Source: Candidatus Levyibacteriota bacterium
GTDB lineage: Bacteria; Patescibacteriota; Microgenomatia; Levybacterales; UBA12049
Length of the DNA: 64,000 nucleotides
NCBI GenBank assembly: GCA_016182235.1
Contig: JACOXT010000004.1
Span: forward strand, 28,537 to 92,536
Direction of reading: 5' to 3'
Part shown: in pieces, positions 17,765-25,200 of the stretch
Position numbering within the stretch: the stretch's first letter is position 1
Layout of the letters: every line of letters starts with the position of its first letter
Translations under genes and position numbers: made by a program
The notes under the pieces: generated by a model
What the model was told of the DNA's origin: nothing
The model's database searches: none
The model's input: only the letters and a program-made list of their open reading frames with translations

Positions 17765-18097
17765 TTAATTTGACCCCAAAAGCTTTATTCCAAAAAATCC
17801 TCCTAAAAGACTTAATATAAATATTGTGAAGAAGATAACAAGTAACCCAATAATCGCGTATCTTAATCTTTCTCTGCCGTGAGCGAATCTTTCTTTATCT
17901 CCTCCTGATGTCATCATGTTGAATCCTGCAAGGAAGATGCTATAAACAGAAAAAATAAGCGCAGCAAGAATCAAAAATTCGATGACAACAGCAATGATAT
18001 TTTGGCCTCTTGGGAAAAGCCCGCCAGTCGGCACACCAGTTGGCAAGCCGATATCTATATTCGGAAATCCCGGTATTGAAAACGCAATCTTTTCCAT
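17765..18097 (-). CDS. T4SS pilin-like protein, paralog 3
   Basis: Carries the motif LAGFNMMTSGGDKERFAHGRERLRYAIIGLLVI. Confidence 0.65.
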   Translation of the reverse strand: MEKIAFSIPGFPNIDIGLPTGVPTGGLFPRGQNIIAVVIEFLILAALIFSVYSIFLAGFNMMTSGGDKERFAHGRERLRYAIIGLLVIFFTIFILSLLGGFFGIKLLGSN

Positions 18098-18098
18098 A

Positions 18099-18195
18099 TG
18101 ATTAATGATTGATGATTTCTGATTAATGAAAAAAATAATTATATTTTCTCAATTCTATATTCTTAAATCTTTAATCATTAATCTTAAATCAATTC
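18099..18195. repeat. Inverted pair of heptamer arrays forming a hairpin between two pilin genes
   Basis: The left arm is TGATTAA/TGATTGA/TGATTTC/TGATTAA (18099-18126). The right arm is TCTTAAA/TCTTTAA/TCATTAA/TCTTAAA/TCAATTC (18161-18195). The arms are mutually complementary. Confidence 0.8.
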
Positions 18196-18199
18196 AGTC

Positions 18200-19450
18200 C
18201 TACGGATTGAATCCGGGTATATGCAAAATATCCACTCCAATTACCTGAAGTATTACAAATGAGAATATGATAAACAAAAGCCCGATGATTGCGGATAATA
18301 GCTGGCCTCGAGCCGCCTGAAGAGCTTCCGGATTTCCCTGAGATGCTATGAATCTATATCCTGAAAGAATAATCAAGATTAATGCAATTCCTCCGGCCAA
18401 CCCCAAAACTATGCTATATATACGAGTTACAAAGTCCTTAGGTTGTGTACTAATACCGCCAATCGCTGTGTTAATTGTTCTGCATATTTTGTTATCATCA
18501 TTCTCGTCGGTCGGATTTCCATTCTCGTCAACCCATTCAGTGCAAACAGCAGCATTAGTCGGCGCAATATAAATATCGAAATTTACACACTTATATCGGG
18601 TGACATTATCTTCTACCGCAAATCTGCAGACTTTTCCCTCGGGACAGTTGTTTTTGCCCGGATCGCACTCAGATGTTCCCGGAGGGGCAGGTCGACAACA
18701 AAACTGTCCATTACAATCATCGCTTTTTCCTAAAAGTAGTGCGCCAGCAAAGATTGGACATTCGGAGGCTTTATTAACACAGATATCAGGAGAACTGCAA
18801 GTCACAAGAGTTTTTTGGCAGCATATTTCAGATTTACCACAATAATTTTCTCTTGGTCCCAGCGAATTTCCTCCATCGTTGCGACATTCTCCTTCTGATG
18901 CACAATAATTAGGAGATAGGCAAGCCGTTCCCGGATCTGGCGGAGCTGGTTGGCAGCATATTTCAGGACTCTCACATTTCTTATCTACTAGTGGACTTCC
19001 GTTATTTGTTTTACATTCATCACTTGATGTGCAATAATTGGGGACTGAACACAATTGTTGAATTGGAATTGGGGTGGGGGTGGGGGTAGGAGTAGGGGCA
19101 TCAGCACATTGTAAGGCGTTGCAAAAATTACTGCAGCATTGATTGTTTTGTATACATCCCTTGCCGTTTGATTGGCAGAATGGAGTTGGAGTAGGCGTAG
19201 GTTTGCCGGTTGGGGTGGGAGTGAGTGTTGGAGTAGGAGTTCGTGTGGGCGTTGGGGTCCCGAATTGGTGGGGACAGCTATTGTTCGGATCATCGCAATA
19301 CTGTCCGAAGTCATCTCTTAGACACTGGTCGTTAGGGGAGCATGTGTCAGCGCCGCAGTTGCCATTACAGTGACTTGCTTGCGCGGAATTTACAGGAACT
19401 AAAAAAAGAAGTAAAAACAAAAACAAACCAAATAATACCTTAATCTTCAT
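18200..19450 (-). CDS. Secreted Cys-rich modular protein with a C-terminal T4SS pilin-like domain (pilin fusion)
   Basis: It has a signal peptide, PT linkers, and three CxxP(N/D)xC...EC...(I/F)CC(Q/R)P modules. The C-terminal motif is LSGYRFIASQGNPEALQAARGQLLSAIIGLLFI. Confidence 0.7.
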   Translation of the reverse strand: MKIKVLFGLFLFLLLFLVPVNSAQASHCNGNCGADTCSPNDQCLRDDFGQYCDDPNNSCPHQFGTPTPTRTPTPTLTPTPTGKPTPTPTPFCQSNGKGCIQNNQCCSNFCNALQCADAPTPTPTPTPIPIQQLCSVPNYCTSSDECKTNNGSPLVDKKCESPEICCQPAPPDPGTACLSPNYCASEGECRNDGGNSLGPRENYCGKSEICCQKTLVTCSSPDICVNKASECPIFAGALLLGKSDDCNGQFCCRPAPPGTSECDPGKNNCPEGKVCRFAVEDNVTRYKCVNFDIYIAPTNAAVCTEWVDENGNPTDENDDNKICRTINTAIGGISTQPKDFVTRIYSIVLGLAGGIALILIILSGYRFIASQGNPEALQAARGQLLSAIIGLLFIIFSFVILQVIGVDILHIPGFNP

Positions 19451-19451
19451 G

Positions 19452-19898
19452 TTATTCAGTTCTATCTCCTACCATACGAATTATTCCGTCTGATTTATCC
19501 ACAAAAACCTCTATGGTGTAATCCGGAATTTCCGGTGATCGAAGATAATATGGATTATCTAGCGTCATACCAAATATCCACATTTCTTTTTTTGCACGTT
19601 CTTTATACAAGGGGGGTATGCGGTAAGAGGTTTCTTCTTTTTTTACATATTCTACTTTTCCCGGATGTTTTTGAAGGACGATATCTATTGCTTCCTCGCA
19701 GGATATCTCTCCATCAACTGATTGGTAATTAGAACAAAGGTTAGAGTAAACATTATTTTGTGAATTGGTTGGCTGAATAATGGCTGGTTGATTTGGGATA
19801 TTGGTTTCTTGAGGTTTTGTATTATTTGTCCATAGGAGAAAAACTACTATTACAATAACAGTCAAAAGAATAAATACAAGAATATTTGTTCTTCCCAC
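19452..19898 (-). CDS. Membrane-anchored hypothetical protein (possibly PepSY-like)
   Basis: An N-terminal TM helix. EISCEEAIDIVLQKHPGKVEYVKKEE vaguely resembles PepSY. Confidence 0.35.
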   Translation of the reverse strand: MGRTNILVFILLTVIVIVVFLLWTNNTKPQETNIPNQPAIIQPTNSQNNVYSNLCSNYQSVDGEISCEEAIDIVLQKHPGKVEYVKKEETSYRIPPLYKERAKKEMWIFGMTLDNPYYLRSPEIPDYTIEVFVDKSDGIIRMVGDRTE

Positions 19899-19936
19899 AT
19901 ATTTATAGTAGTAGACCCAAGAAAGAATTGCAATAT

Positions 19937-20785
19937 CTAAAGAGTGTGTGGCAAGTGGTGCTTGAAGGAGTTTTTGTTGGCATAATCAATAATTTTTTGC
20001 GCGTTTGGAAAACCAATTTTGGAAATTTCTGAAATAGTCATTTTTTTATCAAAATAAAGAAACAAAACATTGTCAGCCTCTTTGTATGAAAATCCAAATT
20101 CACCTTCATCGCTTTGTCCCTCCCAAAGCCCTGCGGTTGGAGGCTTGTCAATTATATTTTGTGGGATTTTAAGATATCTGGCAAGTTGATAAACTTGCGT
20201 CTTATATAGGTGCTGTATGGGTTCAAAATCAGACGCCTCATCTCCATGACGAGTGAAATATCCTAAAAGATGCTCAGATTTGTTTTCTGTTCCCGCGACA
20301 AGGCAATTGTGTTTCTTGGCAAGATCAAAAAGAATAATCATTCTTACACGAGCCATGATATTGCCGAGACGGATACGGTTCACCTCGGAGGAGTCATTTC
20401 GCAACACCTCGAAGGTGGCCGACTCGCCCGGCGAAGCCTTGGCGAAGCGGGGATGGACTCCTTCGAGGTGGGATTGGAACGCCCTCACCATAGGTTCAAT
20501 AGACAGTTCATAAATATTTTCTTTTGGAATCTTTGCTTCTTTTAAAATCGGCTCTATCTCATTAAAATAAGATTTAAAATAATAAAGATGTGCGACGAAA
20601 ATGTTTTGAGGGGCAAGAACTTCTCTCAAAAGATAAAAACTGGTTGTTGAGTCAATTCCGCCTGACATTCCTATAACAACCTTTTCAAAACCACTATCTT
20701 GCAATGTCTTTCTAATAAAGGAGGTAATTTTGTTTGTTTCGGCAAAAGGATTTATGTTAAGTAGATTGTTGTTCAATTGTTTCAT
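19937..20785 (-). CDS. nadE: NH3-dependent NAD+ synthetase
   Basis: PP-loop SGGIDS (VIGMSGGIDSTT) and the C-terminal family pattern. It carries an in-frame GC-rich palindromic insert at 20405-20470. Confidence 0.85.
   Translation of the reverse strand: MKQLNNNLLNINPFAETNKITSFIRKTLQDSGFEKVVIGMSGGIDSTTSFYLLREVLAPQNIFVAHLYYFKSYFNEIEPILKEAKIPKENIYELSIEPMVRAFQSHLEGVHPRFAKASPGESATFEVLRNDSSEVNRIRLGNIMARVRMIILFDLAKKHNCLVAGTENKSEHLLGYFTRHGDEASDFEPIQHLYKTQVYQLARYLKIPQNIIDKPPTAGLWEGQSDEGEFGFSYKEADNVLFLYFDKKMTISEISKIGFPNAQKIIDYANKNSFKHHLPHTL
20405..20470. repeat. GC-rich palindromic element, long form, inside nadE
   Basis: 11-bp inverted repeats: CACCTCGAAGG at 20405-20415 and CCTTCGAGGTG at 20460-20470. 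The core CCCGGCGAAGCCTTGGCGAAGCGGGG is at 20427-20452. GC content is far above the surroundings. Confidence 0.8.
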
Positions 20786-20825
20786 TGTTGTCGCTCGTTT
20801 CGCTCGCTCATTGTTATATTGTTAG

Positions 20826-20857
20826 CAATGGAGCAATGTAACAATGCAACAATGATA
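20826..20857. repeat. Octamer array CAATGNNN x4 in the nadE 5' leader
   Basis: CAATG starts at 20826, 20834, 20842 and 20850. On the nadE mRNA strand this reads CATTGTTG CATTGTTA CATTGCTC CATTGCTA. Confidence 0.75.
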
Positions 20858-20864
20858 GTGGAAA

Positions 20865-21524
20865 CTATAAGTATAGTTTCTTTTGTATTATATACTCTTC
20901 AATCTTTTCCGGCACGAGGACGGTTATTGACTTTCCTTCTTTAACTCTTTTTCGTACTTCAGTGGATGAGATGTTAATTGGAATGAAATGTAGCCAAATT
21001 AGCTTCCCACCTCGAAGGTGGCCGAATGGACTCCTTCGAGGTGAACGAATGTGTCTCGAAACTATTATTAATCCAAACTTTTCTATTATTTCTCTCCAGT
21101 TCTTCCATTTTTTAAAATCTTTTATATTATCAGAACCGATTATCCAAAAGAAATGGTCACTTGGAGATTGTTTTTGCAAAGTTTTTAGAGTGTCAATAGA
21201 ATAACTCGTTGATTGTTTTCTAAGTTCTAGATCAGAGACTTCTATGTCTCTTTCGTCATTCTGGCTTGTCCAGAATCTCTTATTGCCGCTAGGGATTCTG
21301 GAGTCGCTCCGCTCCCCAGAATGACGTTTATAAAGTTCATTTGCTAGTAATTTTGCCATTTCGAGTCTGTGGCGAGAGATTGACATTTTTTTAGCAAAAG
21401 GGTGAATTCTCGCAGGCATCAGTATTACTTTTTGGATTATTTGAGATTTCAAAAGACATCTGGCAATTGCTAAATGACCATTGTGCGGGGGATCAAAGCT
21501 GCTACCCAAAATAGCGGTGTTCAT
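20865..21524 (-). CDS. nadD: Nicotinate-nucleotide adenylyltransferase
   Basis: GSSFDPPHNGHLAIA (HxGH motif) and ISSTEVR (the ISST motif). It contains two in-frame palindromic inserts. Confidence 0.85.
   Translation of the reverse strand: MNTAILGSSFDPPHNGHLAIARCLLKSQIIQKVILMPARIHPFAKKMSISRHRLEMAKLLANELYKRHSGERSDSRIPSGNKRFWTSQNDERDIEVSDLELRKQSTSYSIDTLKTLQKQSPSDHFFWIIGSDNIKDFKKWKNWREIIEKFGLIIVSRHIRSPRRSPFGHLRGGKLIWLHFIPINISSTEVRKRVKEGKSITVLVPEKIEEYIIQKKLYL
21008..21043. repeat. GC-rich palindromic element, short form, inside nadD
   Basis: It has the same 11-bp arms as the nadE element (CACCTCGAAGG 21008-21018, CCTTCGAGGTG 21033-21043) with a 14-nt loop. Confidence 0.8.
21254..21326. repeat. 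Nested palindromic element (CGTCATTCTGG ... CCAGAATGACG) inside nadD
   Basis: The outer 11-bp inverted repeats are at 21254-21264 and 21316-21326. Inner sub-hairpins include CTGGCTTGTCCAG. It is translated in frame as HSGERSDSRIPSGNKRFWTSQNDE. Confidence 0.75.
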
Positions 21525-21583
21525 GGTTTGTGCTTATTTTAACCCGTTTGGCCAATATTGGCAAGACGAAACAAGTTTAAAAT

Positions 21584-21646
21584 AATAGACGGTAGAAGAT
21601 GGAGGATAGAAGGTGGTATTTTGAAGATAGAAGATTGAGGATAGAC
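21584..21646. repeat. Purine-rich heptamer array (9 units), left arm flanking the four-helix-bundle ORF
   Basis: The units are AATAGAC GGTAGAA GATGGAG GATAGAA GGTGGTA TTTTGAA GATAGAA GATTGAG GATAGAC. Confidence 0.85.
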
Positions 21647-21648
21647 TA

Positions 21649-22011
21649 CTAAAAGGTTTTCCAGTTGTTTCGAAGATTAGTAAGTTTTCCTCCTAATAAC
21701 AGGTATCTATTGATAAGGTCGTTGCAAAAATTCTTTTCCCAAAAAACTAAATCTCTTGCCAAGCTGATATGGACTTCCATTTCATTACAAGATCCAATTG
21801 CTGAATCTAAATGCAGCTTGAATTGTTTATCAAATCTTCTTTTTGCCCAACCTTCTGCAATATTTGCAGGAACAGATTTAGAGGCTTTTCTTAACTGCAA
21901 GCCAAGGTCATTCCTTTCAAATAGGGGAAGTTTATTAACATTTCTATTAACTGTAAGAGCTAATTCGTAGGCTTCTTTATACACTTCCAAATCTCTAAAG
22001 CTCTTGATCAT
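21649..22011 (-). CDS. Four-helix-bundle protein (23S rRNA intervening-sequence protein family)
   Basis: 120 aa. FRDLEVYKEAYELALTV and ANIAEGWAKR motifs are typical of this family. Confidence 0.8.
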   Translation of the reverse strand: MIKSFRDLEVYKEAYELALTVNRNVNKLPLFERNDLGLQLRKASKSVPANIAEGWAKRRFDKQFKLHLDSAIGSCNEMEVHISLARDLVFWEKNFCNDLINRYLLLGGKLTNLRNNWKTF

Positions 22012-22026
22012 AAATAGAGTTTATAG

Positions 22027-22089
22027 TTTCTACCTTCCATCTTCAACCCTCAAAGTACTATCTTCTACCTTCTACTTTCTATCGTCTAA
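22027..22089. repeat. Pyrimidine-rich heptamer array (9 units), right arm, inverted relative to 21584-21646
   Basis: The units are TTTCTAC CTTCCAT CTTCAAC CCTCAAA GTACTAT CTTCTAC CTTCTAC TTTCTAT CGTCTAA. The reverse complement aligns unit by unit with the left arm at roughly 75% identity. Confidence 0.85.
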
Positions 22090-22202
22090 TCTCTGTCAGG
22101 TTCGCGGTCAGAAAAAAGTCAAGCTATTTAAGGAGTTTGGGAGTAGACTGCGGGCCATGATCCTTCGACAAGCTCAGGATCATACTGAACGGAGTTGAAC
22201 GT

Positions 22203-25200
22203 ATGAAACAGGAATTATTGAACCAAACCTTGACAAGCCCACCTCAAACACCCTATTCTAGGGATGGAGCTATTTTTATGGAGGTAGTGAAAGATATGCC
22301 TAATTCCGCAAACCAACCCAAAAACCCAGAGAGAACAGAAAATAGGCCTTTAGATAAAGTAAGGGTAGAAGTAAACAACACATCCAAAAAAGAAGAAACT
22401 TCTTCAAAATCTCCCCAGTCAGTTTCCGAAGAAAAGAAGGGGTCTCCTGTCGAAGCAAAAATTACAAAAGTCGATTCTAAAAAAATAGATAATGAGGAGT
22501 TAAGAAAAGAATGGCATAAAGTATTTACACCAGAAGAGTTAAAAAATCCCGATACAAGATCAACTATAGAATTAGCTATCAAACTGGGCTATAGTCCTGA
22601 GAGCATTACATCAAAAGGCCCATTGGAATTTAAAGCAAAAGATGTTATCGCAAATGCTTTACTTGATGATCAACAGCGCATTGAGAAGGCTGAAGAACTG
22701 CTTGGGCGATCTTTGTCAATAAAACAACGAGAATTACTTCTGAAAGCACACTATGCATCAAAAGGTAAGACTGGTAAAGATGGTCGTGGGGCAGGAGTGT
22801 TCAATTTAGAAAGAAAACAACTTGCAGAAGAAGCAAGGATACTTAGTAACGAAGAAGGTTTTACTGACAAAGAAAGACGTATACTTATTGAAGCTGGTCT
22901 AGCAGCAACTCTTATTCCTAATATCTATACGGATCCCACTTTGCAACTTATTGCCGAACAATACATTAATGAGGTAAACCGTATAAATGCAACTAATCCA
23001 AGTGAACATGTAGACCCCAATTTTCTCATTCGACTAATGACTGATGTTGAAAGACGAGCTCGTGACGGCCTAGTAGACAGAACGCAAGCACTAAATCTAC
23101 TAAATGAATTTCAAACCATATTTGCTGATGAGAATCCTGCTCAAGGAGAGAGCCCTTTGACTAGAGAGATTAATCTAATCAAAGGTCTGCAAGGACAAGA
23201 CAGAAGGGATGCATTACTTAATTTATTGAGGGCTTATCCTCCCCTGAGTGCTCCTTTACCGCACGAAATTATAGAATTAACAATGGAGGATGATGAATCC
23301 TTTGAATCCTTAGTCAATAGAATTGTTTCTCTTCCACTTGACAAAGAGACCTCTGACTATACTCTCGGACTCTATGGCTCAGGAAATCTTGAAACGATTA
23401 GCGATGCACTTACTCAAAAATTAGATACTGAGACAGATCCCGATGAGAGAGATAGACTTAGTAGGTTAAAAGATAGATTTAATCTGGCTACAGAATCATT
23501 TACTTTAACCCACAATATGAATACTCGAATAGTCACTGGAGAAATACAGGAATTTATTCGTACCGCGGAAAGAATTCTACCCCCTCATCTTAATTATCTT
23601 CAAAAATTAAACGGTGTAAGCGAAGCGATGAGAATTTATGAAGAAACCTATGATAGATATCTTGCAAAGTATGGATGGATGTATCCTTTTGCATCAGTAC
23701 TATTGCATTACGAAGTTTTCAGCAAGCTAAGAGAACTAAATGATGCGGGGGGGCTTGGCGTAGCAAAGGCAATGGATGGGGAACTAAGATTAATAAAACT
23801 GGAAGAGTGGGAGTTAAGAAGAGCATATAATATAGCAAGAAAATTTTATAACAATACATTTAGATCATCAGAAAAAGTTGCTACCGGGACAGTCCCTCGC
23901 AATATGGAAGGTGAGGAGAGACAGGAAATATTGGCAGAAATCCAAGACGCGATAGATTCAGGAAACACAAATAAAGAGGCTTTACTTAGAAATGAACTGG
24001 CTGACGCTGAAGAAAGGGGACAATCTAGGTATTCTTCTTTTGCGTTAGAATCAGCTGCCAGAATTATGAATCCAATACAGCTTCTTATATATCGTTTTCA
24101 AATAGCGGGTGAGGAACATGGATTGGTTTTCCTTAAAAAAGCAAAAGAGTACTATCTAGAATTTTTGAGACATAACTATAAACTTGGAATAAATAAAATA
24201 ACCACTCTTGGTGGGGTAAACGTTGAAGAGATGGAGGTTGGAGGAGTATTTGGGGTTTCAGGATTCTATAGTTCATGGAGAACAGAAAATATCGCCATAA
24301 GCCAGATGAAAGTTAATATTGGTGGACAGGAATTAACAATAAGAAGATGGTTAGCGGAAACTACATATGAAATTGAACAAGCTAATACGGCATTCAAAGA
24401 TGCAGGGCAGAATAGACAGTTAAAGCATAACGCGCAAGTACAATTAGCTGATGCCCTAAAGCCCCTTATTGATAATGTTCATGTTGGATTAGGCATGTTG
24501 TTAAGACAGCCAGCTTTTGGTGGTGAAATAGGTTATGAAGCAAGAAAGTTACTATGGGAGAAAATTGTGAAAGGAAATGATCCAGCAAACAATAATCCAA
24601 GGGAAGGAAATCTAGATGTAGCAATAAACTATTTAACAAAGTTAAAAATTCAGGATGGAAGTATAAGATCACTAGAAGAAATTAAATCAAGTGGTGGAAA
24701 TTATTGGGACGTTCCTTCAGGAGACCCATTGACGACTCCATGGGAAATACTGAGAAGAAAAATTCTTTTGCAACATCAGAAAAATATTAGGAAATCGTTT
24801 GATACTAATGTCAATTTAATTCCTGATCAAGATTTTGATGCAAATGAAACTCGTTTAATACTTACAATTAAAGAAGAAGGCAGAAAGCTCGCTCAACATC
24901 TGGCCGACATATCATTTCCATATGTACCCTTCATGAATGACGCGCCTTTCGAAATTTTTGATTATACGCTGGCAGGAGACGAGGTTTATAGAAGAAGGGC
25001 AGGAGGAGATATACCTAGCTATTTTGAAGGGTCTAACGCGTTTGTGGCTATTGTTGATAATCCTGGCGGAATTGGTGATGAAAAAGCAATGGAGAATTTC
25101 CTTAAGCTTGAAAGAGGAGTTGAATCTCCTCAAGGACGACCAGATGCCCAAAGAAGAACATACCCACTTTTTAAAGCTTGGCTAGAATGGGTAATGACCA

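Noticed and set aside
21584-22089. The four-helix-bundle locus could indicate a nearby 23S rRNA gene.
   Set aside because: The flanks are nadD and a protein-coding ORF, and nothing rRNA-like appears around it. The gene is an IVS-like module outside rRNA.
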